A stretch of 63,791 nucleotides of DNA, counting the filler, from Octopus bimaculoides (lineage: Eukaryota), in NCBI RefSeq assembly GCF_001194135.2. It is 5 parts of 5 records of this genome, joined end to end, with 100 filler letters (N's around TTAATTAATTAA, not from the genome) between each part and the next. Parts side by side here need not be neighbours in the genome. Positions count along the whole stretch, not along the records: positions 16,619 to 30,512 come from NW_026416177.1; positions 30,613 to 35,385 come from NC_069006.1; positions 35,486 to 46,998 come from NC_068985.1; 2 more parts are not named here. One strand, given 5' to 3'. Numbering within the stretch: the first letter of the stretch is position 1; every line of letters begins with the position of its first letter. Both the position numbers and the translations under genes were made by a program. Below, piece after piece: positions 25,253-37,518 of this stretch. Below the pieces are notes generated by a model. The model saw nothing but the letters and a program-made list of their open reading frames with translations. It was not told where the DNA came from and ran no database searches.

Positions 25253-25469
25253 AATAGACATGTGAAACAGTTGTTATAACTGTTTATAAATCGGTCCAAG
25301 TATACTTTTGTCTGTATATTTGAAAAATAATGTGATCAACTTGTCATTTGTTAATGGGAAATGAAACAATAGCAGACATTTCTATTTATTTATAATGATT
25401 CAATTGCATAAATTTATTTGTTACTATCGCATTCAGTCTTATCACATGTTTTCTATTTATGCTCTTCAG

Positions 25470-25747
25470 GTCATATTTCCTCCAAAGCTGAGCAGTTCCA
25501 AAACAAAGATAGGAAATCTTTCCTGCAGAAATTTCATAGACCTAAAGGTATTAATATATTTATCGGTACTCCCTCCCAATCATCAAATTTTGGTCAGAAA
25601 AACTCAAGCAATGACGTTATTGATTTAAAATCTTCACGAGAAAAGAATGATACACCTAGCATATCATCACAGCCATGGAATTTACCTATGAAGAACAGTT
25701 TCACTGCTTATGCAAAACCTTTACCATCTCTACCAAAGGTTTTGTGA
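25470..25747 (+). CDS. Candidate terminal coding exon of an unidentified gene
   Basis: Acceptor TTTTCTATTTATGCTCTTCAG|GT (phase 1). A 92-codon non-repetitive reading frame HISSKAEQFQNKDRKSFLQKF..PLPSLPKVL* is followed by a long AT-rich, repeat-free stretch with AATAAA (about 25829 and 26203). No homology recognised. Confidence 0.4.
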
Positions 25748-27867
25748 ATCCATCTCTTAAACATCTTTCATAACTGATGTTTACTAAACACATGTACAAA
25801 GTTCAATATTTCCTTCATAAAATTTTGCAATAAATCCTTTTATTCATGCTTCTACAGATCAAGATTTTTATATTTTCAGAACTTGAGCATTTCAAATGGA
25901 AACAACTGTGTATATATATTCTGTAAATTAATGTAATTATTCATCAAATGTTGTTTGTGGACATGAACGAGTCTGTATTAACTTAGAAGTAGTTGGTATT
26001 TATTTGAGGTTTTGTACATAAGTTACTGAAGCTCACTATGAGATAAAAATTTGGTTTCTTCAAAAATATTTTTACTGTTTTGGCTTTTGATTGAAAAAGA
26101 AAAGAAAAGCTGAATGAAATTATTGAGAATCATATGTTATAATAAGTTTTGTAGTATTTTTGGTAAAACAAAATTCTTTTTTCTTTTTCTTTTACTAAAT
26201 GCAATAAAGCACATTTATTTTAAGATCATATTATTTATACAAATTCTCCATTTTGTTCCAGAATAATCCAGGTATGTTTTACATCAGTCTGTAGAGTGTA
26301 AATAGTCTGTTATGTTAAATGTATTTCTGGATTGTGAAAAACTGGGGAAAAAATCAATTTTTTGATGAGTAGATTTCTTTGTGTTTGACTTAACAAGAAA
26401 AAAAAAAATTTCTATGTTGTTAGTAAAAAAAGCTATTAATACATATTATTTTTATGAAAGGAATTCAGACAGGCAAAATCGGAGTTGACTGCAAAAATAA
26501 CTAAATTAACCAACAATTCATTGTTTGACAAAAGATGATTTGTATCTGTAAATTAACAGCATGAAATAAAGTTGCTCAAAACAAATGTTTTCAGATGATT
26601 TAAAACCTTATCTTTATTGTTGCTGATTATAAATCCAGTGTTAATTATTTATTGTTGAAATTGCTTCTAGAAGTATTAAACAATACACAAATGATTTGAA
26701 TGACTATCTTAGCTGATGATATACTATGTAAAAAATAATTGGATTGCATATTTAACTAAAACTTAGTGTTTGCTAATTGTAAATACTGTCTCTAAACCTA
26801 CGTGATGTTTATCAAGTATCATAGGTTAAAGATGCTTTGCAGATATCTTCTTTCAAATGTATGAAAGATCTATTTAAGATGAAGTACAGAATACATTGTC
26901 TGTTTGGGCTAATGGATATAAATATTTGTAAAGTACTTGAGTATGTCTATACAGGCCTTGCCTGTACTGAGTAAACATGAGGAAACTGTTGTAAATTACA
27001 TACTAACAAATATGTGTAATTGTGTGTGTGTGTGTAAGAGAGAGAGAGAGTGAGAGTAGGTGTGTTAATGATAGCTGTTCAGAAGGCACCACCTGTAAAA
27101 AGTTTCACCACTGGGTTTTTTTTTTTAATTTTCTGTATTTGTGCATATCATAAACAGCAACACAACCACCACCACCACCACCACCACCATTGCCATCACC
27201 TCCACCACCACCATTACTATTTTGAGATCCATTTTCCCTGCACTGATATGAGTTGGACAGGTNNNNNNNNNNNNNNNNNNNNNNNNNNNNNNNNNNNNNN
27301 NNNNNNNNNNNNNNNNNNNNNNNNNNNNNNNNNNNNNNNNNNNNNNNNNNNNNNNNNNNNNNNNNNNNNNNNNNNNNNNNNNNNNNNNNNNNNNNNNNNN
27401 NNNNNNNNNNNNNNNNNNNNNNNNNNNNNNNNNNNNNNNNNNNNNNNNNNNNNNNNNNNNNNNNNNNNNNNNNNNNNNNNNNNNNNNNNNNNNNNNNNNN
27501 NNNNNNNNNNNNNNNNNNNNNNNNNACTCACCTGCATATGCACTTAATTAATGAGAAGACAAAGTAGAATTTATATTTATATAAATAGAATACACACTCT
27601 CCATGGTGTTGGAAAGACATAAAAGTTTCAAACTCAATTCTTTCATTACGCATATCAATTTTTTCAGGTTCAATTCCACTTCATGGCATCTTGAGCAAGT
27701 GTCTTCTGTTATGGCCTTGGGTCAACCAAAGCTTTGTGAGTGGATTTGATTGACAGAAAATGAAAGAAGGCAGTTGTATGAATGTGTATATGTGTGTGTG
27801 TGTGTAATGTACTGTTCCATGACGGTAAGATCAACTAAAAAGTACTCCATCTAGAGAAAGATAATGC

Positions 27868-28102
27868 TATTTAATAAACACAACATATGTTTTTTATGTG
27901 CTACTAATTGTTTCTTGCACTGAGAACATGGCAAAAAATGTATTAAAATATGTCTGACATCTCGGCACAATCATCAGGCACAGCTCACATGACACAATGA
28001 CTGTGCCGAGATGTTAAACATGGTATAATACATTGTTTGAAAGGATCTCAGTGCAAGTAACTATTAGTAATGCATAAAAACACATATTGTGTCTATTAAA
28101 TA
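27868..28102. mobile_element. Old foldback/MITE-like element (about 105-bp imperfect arms)
   Basis: The left arm TATTTAATAAACACAAC..ACATCTCGGCACAATCAT aligns with the reverse complement of the right arm ATGACTGTGCCGAGATGT..TGTGTCTATTAAATA, about 75-80% by eye, with TA at both ends. Confidence 0.7.
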
Positions 28103-28184
<82 letters not shown>

Positions 28185-28254
28185 AGGCAGTGCTCCAGCA
28201 TGGCCGCAGTCAAATGACAAACAAATAAAAGGATAAAAAGAATATATATATCAA

Positions 28255-28505
28255 ATCAAAATCGCTGACATGGCCGATGACAGTACTGCCTGATTGGCAC
28301 TCGTGTCAGAGGAACGTTAAAAGCACATCCGAGTGTGATCGTTGCCAGGGCCACGGATTGGCTCCCATGTCGGTGGCACATAAAAAGCACCATTTGAGTG
28401 TGATCGTTGCCAGCATCGCCTTACTGGCACATGTACCGGTGGAACTTGAAAAACAACAATCGAGCACAGTTGTTTCCAGTGCTGCTGGACTGGCTCCCAT
28501 GCAGG
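28255..28505 (+). mobile_element. Repeat family D segment with internal tandem units (GGCACNTAAAAGCACCAT..GAGTGTGATCGTTGCCAG)
   Basis: The unit repeats 2-3 times and also occurs on the minus strand at 46940-46998. Confidence 0.65.
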
Positions 28506-28849
28506 TAGGGTAAAACTCCACATTGGAGTAGAAAAGCGTTGAATCCTTAAAGTTTAGCTTTATAATATTTGCGTGCTCTACTGCACTCTCAATATTTATT
28601 TGGAACAAGTCAGGTGAATGAAACATAATGAACATAGAATTGTAATGTAGGCTCTAACATACTAAATTTAATGAGGCAAGATGATTTAATTAATTAATTT
28701 TAATGTAATGATGCCAAAAAAATTATTATTTTAGTGATTAATTATTGTCAATATAGGCAGGGAGGAAAACTTCAAATTTAAATTAATTAGAATTAATTAA
28801 AAAGACAATGTTGTAGGCAGTAATATCTGATTCTTTTTTTCTGTATGCG

Positions 28850-29120
28850 CCAGTACCATGGACATGTGATTAGAATGTCACAAGTAAAAATCGCAAGATT
28901 GAGTCTTCAAGCTGAGCCAACTGGCAGGAGACTTAGTGTACAGCAAGAATGAGATGACAAGATAGCATCCACTGTTTCACTTAGTCATGCTTGAGAATCC
29001 AGCAGGGAATCATAATGATGGTTGCTTCTGGTTAGACCCTATGCAGGAGGTGCTTGAATACTACCCCACAACAGCACTCCCAGGAATTTTGGGCAGTCAA
29101 AATAGATGAATGAATGGAAA
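28850..29120 (+). mobile_element. 3' end relic of an RTE-clade LINE
   Basis: Translates YHGHVIRMSQVKIARLSLQAEPTGRR, similar to the RTE C-terminal GHVxRM..xxPxGxRxRGRP motif, and ends in a GATG/GAAT-like tail. Confidence 0.5.
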
Positions 29121-29352
29121 AATTTTAGTTGAATGAATCAACCACAGCATTATACAACATACACACAGACACACACATATGCACACACACACACATATGT
29201 AAATGTACTTAGAAAAGTAACTCAATGTGGCCAGTGGCATGTATTTGAATGATATACACAAAAACAAGTATATCAAATATCATACAACATAAAACATTGA
29301 TTTATTAAAATTATCCCCACCTTTAGAGAATGTACCATAATTATCAAAAGGT

Positions 29353-29787
29353 AATTTAAGACAAGCCCATTTCAGGAGGAGATATAATCTCTAGATTGAA
29401 GTATTCTCCAAAACAGATATACCATTACTGAAAAGGACAGGCTTATTTTCTGGAGAAAAGTGGACAATCATGACCACATGTTTCTGCCTTGATAACAGTC
29501 ATCAGCATGTTGATTGACTGGCTTTATCCTCAGAAGTCAAAGAACATTGACTTATGCAAATTACCTAGGTCATAAATGTGTTCCATGATTTTTCGCATTA
29601 GTCTAAGTCTATTGACAAATGGAGATAAAGCTGGAAAAGTTGTTATTCTAATGAGGGCTACTTAACTAAAGAGATATATGTCCACAACTGTCTGCTCATT
29701 TCCAAACAACAAGCTTGTCCTGTCAACTTTGGAGAATACTTGAATCCTAAAATTATCTCTCCTTCTCAAATGGGGCTTGTTTTAATT
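29353..29787. mobile_element. Foldback/MITE-like element (about 435 bp)
   Basis: AATTTAAGACAAGCCCATTTCAGGAGGAGATATAATCTCTAGATTGAAGTATTCTCCAAA pairs imperfectly with TTTGGAGAATACTTGAATCCTAAAATTATCTCTCCTTCTCAAATGGGGCTTGTTTTAATT. An inner GGACAGGCTT/AAGCTTGTCC pair is also present. Confidence 0.65.
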
Positions 29788-30612
29788 GCCAATTAGAAAT
29801 TACAATACATCCTCTAGAAGCAGAGCTAAATTTTCATAAATCAGTTTATGTTGCATGATATATGATATACCATTATACTTGTACTTGTGTGTGTGTGTGT
29901 ACGTATATATATCTGTGTATATGTATAAACACATATGTATATGTGTGTATATCAGTTAGTATATATATATATATATATATATATAGGAAAATAAAAAATA
30001 ATAATAAGGCAGAATGCTAAACTGAAAGCATATTTTAATATAGATGTGTATAAGGAGGATTAAAAAAGGTTTCTAACCAGCTTTCGTTGCATGGCAAATT
30101 TTCAAGAAGAGGGAGAATGAAAATGTTTTCTACAAAAAAATAAAAAATAATATATAAAAAAATAAATATACCAATACCTTATATTGTCTTTGAGTTTTTA
30201 AAGTTCAATGGTAATCCATGTAGATAGATTAGGATGCATGGAATTAAGAATCGTGGTGAGTTTAAAAAAGGCTGAGAGTTTGTGCTAAACAGGAAGTGTG
30301 GTGTCAAAACAGGAAGTGTGTGTAAGGGAAGACAATTCTGTGGGTTTTATACTATTTAGTTGGAGTTCTGGACTGTTTGTCAACAGGAAGTTTATGTCTG
30401 TTCTTAGAGAAAAAAGAAGTAAATTTATATGTATTTCAATGGCGAGAGAAAGGAATATGGTGACTGAGGAATTTGTATGTTAAGAAGCATTTGGAATTTC
30501 TCTATAAAAAGANNNNNNNNNNNNNNNNNNNNNNNNNNNNNNNNNNNNNNNNNNNNTTAATTAATTAANNNNNNNNNNNNNNNNNNNNNNNNNNNNNNNN
30601 NNNNNNNNNNNN

Positions 30613-30659
<47 letters not shown>

Positions 30660-31289
30660 ATCTTCACACACACAAACACACACATATACATATGTGTGTG
30701 TGTGTGTGTCTGTGTGCGTGTGCGTGTGAGTGTGTGTGTTTGTGTGTGTGTGTATGTATGTCTATGTGAGTTAGAGGTCAAACAACCATTTAAGGGATAA
30801 TATATACCCAATATACTACTGGATGTATACCTACGTATTTATATCCAAGTGTTTACTGTTGCAGGGCAGTAGCGCAATTGAATAATATATATGAGTGGCA
30901 GTAAAGCAGAAATTTACCCAGAATTTACCCAAATAAGAAAATGGAGAGGATTGTCAATCGACAAACATTCATTTGGATCTTTTTATTAATTAATTACAAT
31001 CAATGGCGGTGCCCCAGCATGGCCACAGCTCATGAGTTGAAACTAGATAAAATGAAAAAAAAAATGAATATGTATAAATAATCAAAACAAATAAATAAAC
31101 AAGTAAATAAATTAACTGCAAGTAGAAAAGTTATAAATAGTACATATGTGTATATGCGTGCGTTCGTACATATATTTACATACTATGTCAGGAAGATAAA
31201 ACATGACAGTCGTGGGTGAATCAACTTGCATCGTTTGTCGAGTGAACCCAGGTAAATTAGGAACTACACAACTTAAGAAATACACTCAC

Positions 31290-31394
31290 CGATGTCATAT
31301 CAGGAGACCATCCACCATGATTAATCTGATATCTTTTAACTTGTTCGATATCATCAAGTATCTTAACTGCATCTCCAACGCTAAATTTGTCGAT
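31290..31394 (-). CDS. Internal exon encoding a Mind bomb SH3-repeat (REP / SH3_15) segment; MIB-like E3 ligase or related protein
   Basis: Acceptor TTTAAATTTCTCTGTTTCAG and donor ATCG|GTGAGT, 105 nt, phase 0-0. Translates IDKFSVGDAVKILDDIEQVKRYQINHGGWSPDMTS, matching the MIB REP pattern FxxGDxVxxxxDxxxxxxxQxGHGxWxxxM. Confidence 0.85.
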
Positions 31395-31550
31395 CTGAAA
31401 CAGAGAAATTTAAATGAAATATAACATAAGAAAGTAAGAGAGGGGGAGGAGAGAGAGAGAGAGTTTTGAGTGTGGAATTGGGTTTCAAGCAGAAAGTGTG
31501 ATTTACGAGAAGGCGTAGTTGAAGGAGGAAGAGAGAGAGGGGGGGGAGAA

Positions 31551-31551
31551 A

Positions 31552-31583
<32 letters not shown>

Positions 31584-31605
31584 AAAAAATAAAGAAAGAA
31601 TGAAA

Positions 31606-31637
<32 letters not shown>

Positions 31638-31744
31638 AAAAGAAAGAAAGAATGAATGAAAGAATGAATAAATGAGAGAAAGAAAGAAAGAAAGAAAGTA
31701 AGATAGAAAGACAGAAGTAAAGAAAGAAAGACAGAAATAGGAAC

Positions 31745-31810
<66 letters not shown>
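31551..31810. repeat. (AAAG)n and (GACA)n microsatellites
   Basis: Direct reading; source of the spurious 226-aa ORF 31295-31975. Confidence 0.95.
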
Positions 31811-32195
31811 TGGATAGAAAGGAAGGAAGGAAGAAAGGGAACGGAAAGGAATCAGTTTTAATTGAGATATAATTTTAAAGAAGCCCTTTAAAAAGATGGA
31901 ACACGATGTCGACTCTGGAATATTTGCTTCCAGAATCTTGAAAAATTCAGAAACGTACGTTGTTTCTCTTTTCATTTACGGGTGGAAACCATGGTGGAGT
32001 AGCCCCTTGTAAAATTTAGTCGGTGAAATTTTGTTGGTCACATTCGAGCAACTTCTAAGTTACGGAGATATAAACAAACCAACAGCAGTTGTCAATTGCT
32101 AAGGATACAAACACACATACATATATACAAACAAACATCCATCTATCCATCCATCCATCCATCCACCTATCCATCCATTTATCCAACCAGCCATA

Positions 32196-33130
32196 TATGC
32201 GGGAGGTACCCAAAAGTAACCGGAAACATTCTCTGCGGGACAAGCCCATTGCAGTTCAGGTTTCCGCCGCTAGATATGTCCCTCTGGCAACAGTGTTCCG
32301 ACCGACTGTTGCAGCTAATGTCGTACTTCCACGTGGTGCGTCTTTGTTTTGCAGTGCTTCTCCACTGTTCGTCGATTTTTGCGATGGCTGAAACGATGGA
32401 ACAGAGTACTTCTTTGAAATTCTGTTTTCTGTGGTGGTGGTGGTGGGGAAGCGGTGACCGAAACAGTTCTCGTAATTGAAACAGCTTACAAGGACGCTGT
32501 CATGAGCAAAACACAACTTTGTGAATGGCTTCCACGCTTTAGGAATAGTCACTTGTAGGTTGAAGGCCAACCTCGTCCCGGACGACGCTCGACCTCCCGA
32601 ACGAATGAAAACATCCGAAAAATTCATGAACTGTTCTTGGAGAGCCGTCACCAAACAATTGACGAACTTGTTGGTTCCTGCCAACGAATTTGGAGCGAGG
32701 AATTGCGACTGAAAAGGGTTGCATCAAAATTTGTACCTTGTTTGCCCACAGATGATCAAAAGCAGTCACAACTGAATCCGGTCCTTTTTTCGAAAGTCAT
32801 CACTGTTCATGAATTTTTCGGATGTTTTCATTCGTTCGGGAGGTCGAGCGTCGTCCGGGACGAGGTTGGCCTTCAACCTACAAGTGACTATTCCTAAAGA
32901 GCAGGTGTTACGGAATTTGCAGATGTGAAGGAGGTGAAAGAAAAAACTGAGACCTTAACAGGGATCAATTAGGCAGGGTTCCATCACTGCTTCGAACAGT
33001 GGACAACGCGCCTGAACCGATGCATTGCTTCAAATGGAGAATTCTTTGAAGGCGATAAAAATATTTATGTAAAATTAAGTGAATAAAATAATATTGCAAA
33101 ATTCCGATTTCTATTTGATAACCCCTCGTA
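32196..33130 (+). mobile_element. Mariner transposon derivative with the catalytic core replaced by an inverted internal copy
   Basis: N-terminus MEQSTSLKFCF..AYKDAVMSKTQLCEWLPRFR..RPGRRSTSRTNENI..RVASKFVPCLPTDDQKQ..LFSKVIT; C-terminus FADVKEVK..CFEQWTTRLNRCIASNGEFFEGD. Imperfect TIRs ..GGGAGGTACCCAAAAGTAACCGGAA / TTCCGATTTCTATTTGATAACCCCTCGTA. Confidence 0.85.
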
Positions 33131-33651
33131 CGTACATACATACATACATACATACATAGATACATACAAGCATACATATATACATGTGTATGTGTTATAA
33201 TGTTTGACATAGATGAACACACTACAACAGTTTTGTTTTGACCGAATGCACATGCAGATACATACGATAAAGTATTTATCACATGAAAGCAGTATGACAT
33301 CGGTAAACAATAAATCATATCTGCCACTTCATTGTCTACATACAATGCGATAAATTATTTATCGCGTAAATACTTAATAAACTTGCTCATCCAACAGTGT
33401 TAGCTCTTACGTAATTTCTGATTTTAAGATCGCACTAATTTCAGTGAAAAATGTCGCCGGGCAAGAGGTCGACTTCATTTGACCTCTGTATTTGGTAGGT
33501 GTTTATTTATCGATTGTAGAATGCTGAAAGTAAACCCACTTCTGTGTAATATAAGGATTAAAACGTGTATAGTTTCTAACACTTGCCGTTCTACTACACA
33601 TAAGCAAGTGTTATACTTTTAACCAAAAGAAAAGTCACGTCATTATTTATC

Positions 33652-33862
33652 GGTTGGCAAGCTGGTAGCATCGTCAGCACACGCCGAACGAAATGTTTAG
33701 TGGTATTTCTTCTGCCGTTACGTTCTGAGTTCAAATTCCGCCGACTTTGCTTTTCGTCCTTTCGGGGTCAATGAATTAAGTACCAATTAAGTACTGGGGT
33801 CCATGTAATCGACTATCCCCCTCCCCAAAATTACAGGCTTTGTGCCTATAGTAGAAAGGATT
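33652..33862 (+). mobile_element. SINE family A copy, CpGs retained
   Basis: Consensus match. Confidence 0.8.
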
Positions 33863-35176
33863 ATTTATCCGACGATTCTGTAGTGTTAACGTGACGAACG
33901 AGAGAATATTTCACTGAGAAATATGGCAATCTATCTCATGCACAAGAAACATTGTTAGTCATAGTAATTTTACTTCTTCTATCCCATAACTGGATGAAGT
34001 AAAAGTAACGATAGGGTTCGATATTCTACTCAACCTACCTACCGTACCTGAAGACAGATCACACTGAAAAAGAGCATGCATCAGATCCAAAACCAGAATC
34101 AGGGTACCGTAAGCAAATAGTTCTTTTGTCACTTAGATCAATCACATATTGTTGAACCATACTGCTTAGCAGAGAAGATTTGCTGGTGTAAACCACTCGG
34201 TGTAAGCTTCTTGTCAGAGTAAGATTGTGGAAGTAAGTTTATCCAAGAAAAACTCCGTGAAGCAGACATGTTTTATTAATAGTAAACATTTAAGTCATAT
34301 GGGTAAAAAAATATTATAAACGTAGAGGGTACTGAATGGTACGGAAATTATGGCCTTATATACTAACCTTTGTGAGGGCTTTTGGATTAAAGCGCCATAA
34401 GTTTTTACTAAGTCCTTCAAATTTCACAATCACATCGTCAACATTATTAACTCCTTGAACTATGCCAACTTGACCTATAAACTGAATATAAAGTGGGTTA
34501 ACAAATATTGTACATATATACATACATACACATACATGTTAAGTATACACATGTAAATATGTGCCACATGAACGTGGAAAAAATCAATTCCAAACATACA
34601 ATAAGATATATGGCGTATTTAAAATGAATTCGTTTCACAATACCACGATTCTCAGACAAAAACTGCTATAATTATTTCATCATTTTCCTTTTAAATTTAT
34701 ACATATAAATGTGCATTCGGTGTTTTCTACATGTCTTTTTACCATCAAAAGGCGTAAAATAACAGGTATAGACCAATGGCTATGGGAGAACAGATCCACC
34801 CAGTGAATGTGGCATAAAATGAAAGAAAAAATATCAATATTCATCAGAATATGCTACCCATCTCCATCGTTTTAGGATAATTTATTTGCGCTATAAAAGA
34901 AGATGAAATAAAGGAAAATAAATTTTAATGAAACCTTTATGGTACCGATTCTGCAAATTTACAATGGCATATTTTCTTACAAAGTTTCCATACTTCTGGT
35001 AGTTGGGTTCCTTTTCGTGGCTACTGCACTCTAGTCACGTAGTAATAGTAACCGTTCGACCAGTGATAACTGTTTATGTATGTATGTATGTATGTATGTA
35101 TGTATGTATGTATGGATGGATGGATGGATGGATGGATGGATGTACGTATGTATGTATAAACACACACACACACACT

Positions 35177-35216
<40 letters not shown>

Positions 35217-35660
35217 TTGTCTACTCCTTAAACAGAGTTTGACCACCTCCTGCACCTACACCTTAGCCCTTTCATGGCGTCTGATGTGGCTTTTTAAACC
35301 AGACAGTGTTTTGAAAAAACATCCACACAGATTGCACCTCTGATTTGCACTACCAATACCTGCAAGTAAGTTCTGCTCATTGTGGNNNNNNNNNNNNNNN
35401 NNNNNNNNNNNNNNNNNNNNNNNNNNNNNTTAATTAATTAANNNNNNNNNNNNNNNNNNNNNNNNNNNNNNNNNNNNNNNNNNNNTATATATATATATAT
35501 ATATTCTTGTTCACTCTAATTTATTCATTTATCTATTCACACACAACAGAAGCCTAAACGCAAACCTGGAAGTACGTATAATACTGCTACTGGATAGCAC
35601 AGGGTGGAATCTGAAGGTTGACAAGCTTTATACTGCACTGTACTACATTCGTAACTGAAT

Positions 35661-35724
<64 letters not shown>

Positions 35725-36149
35725 TATATATATATATATCTATATAGACAGATAGATAGATAAATATAAATTCCAGAATGTTACTACATGTAGATTGTTG
35801 GTGATTTTTTTCCTCCGTTTTCTCTTGGTTTTCTTCTGTCTCCTTTCTCTGAAGAAGAACTTCCCTCAAAACGTAAAACACGCTTTCTTTCCTTCCCTGG
35901 GCATCTTTTGATACTTTGCATGTACCACATCCTCGTATTGTTGCTTTGTTCTTGTGTTTTTTCTTCGTTTTTTTTTATCAATATATATATATATGCATAT
36001 ATTTGTGATACTCTCTCCCTCTTCTTTCACTTTTTAGTTACATTGCCTTGAACAAACAGAGACAACATATGTCAAGTTATGGAGACCCTTTAGTAATAGT
36101 TAAGGCTACCTCTCTAGTGCTGGTGCGAGGATACAATACATCCAGTACA

Positions 36150-36322
36150 AAATAGTTGTCATTAGGAAGGGCATCCAGCTATAGAAATATGTCAAAAATG
36201 ACATGCATGATTGAGTCAAGGTCTCTGACTATCAAAAGGGCAAACAGCTTTGTATAGAAACTCAGTCTGTGTTTGACAAATTGTCCAATCCATGCCAGCA
36301 TGGAAAGTAAAATGATGATGAT
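36150..36322 (+). mobile_element. Repeat family D 3' end (RTE-like tail ending in (GAT)n)
   Basis: TTAGGAAGGGCATCCAGCTATAGAAA..TGTCCAATCCATGCCAGCATGGAAAG..GATGATGATG; homologous to 46773-46998. Confidence 0.65.
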
Positions 36323-36513
36323 GAAAATATATGAAAATTTACAGGTCATTTGGCAGTGAAATATCAGAAAGTGTTAGATTCAGTTCAATAGTTTTTGATT
36401 AATGCTTTGGAAAATTTTCATGAAATGAAAATGCAATGGAAATATTCTCTTACACTTACATTATTGTTCATAGGAAATTTTACTCATGCGTTATCAGTCA
36501 ATGATCATTATGC

Positions 36514-36561
<48 letters not shown>

Positions 36562-36694
36562 TTAACATACACAACACATGTATGCATACATATGTGAAGG
36601 CTAATAATATGTATGTGTGTATATTTATATGCATGCATATTTATATAAATATTATATATATATGCATGTATGTGTGCGTAATGTATGTGTGTGC

Positions 36695-36747
<53 letters not shown>

Positions 36748-37116
36748 CATGTATTTGTATGTCTATATAAAAATATGCATATATGTCTATGATGTCATAT
36801 ATACACATGCATGTAAGTATGTGTACAATGTCATAAGTATATATGCATAAACATACATTCCTGCCCTTGTTTATTACAAACATACATACCTGCATAAATT
36901 AACAAATTTTATTGGCACATTAGAAAGACGCTGCTGATTGTGTGTCAAGTCTAAATCACCAACGTTAACATGCACGCAGTTAGACAATGCATTCAAGTTA
37001 AACAGCCTCACACATGCACACACACATAGAGCTCTATAATTGTAGAGGAGCATATACGCATATTGCAACACACTTGTAGTCACATGAAGATAAGGATATA
37101 CACATATATGAACACC

Positions 37117-37151
<35 letters not shown>

Positions 37152-37283
37152 TGTTATATGACTGTAGATAAGAGTGGGGAACAACTCACTGATTATCATA
37201 AATGGAATATTCAATCTGTTCAGCTAATGTCACTATCTCAGCAAGAATTTATCAAGAGATGTATCATTACACACACACATTCT

Positions 37284-37328
<45 letters not shown>

Positions 37329-37465
37329 ATTATACACTTGTATTTCTATATACATTTTCATCCATTCGTTGCTGAGGTTTCATGCCATAAAACCGCTGTG
37401 TCTTTAATTTCTTTTACATTCTTATAAGTTGATTGTAGAATAAAATGTACAGTATNNNNNNNNNN

Positions 37466-37518
<53 letters not shown>

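Noticed and set aside
31295-31975. 226-aa ORF, the longest gap-free ORF in the track
   Set aside because: Made largely of (CTTT)n and (CTGT)n repeats; the real exon here is in a different frame (31290-31394).
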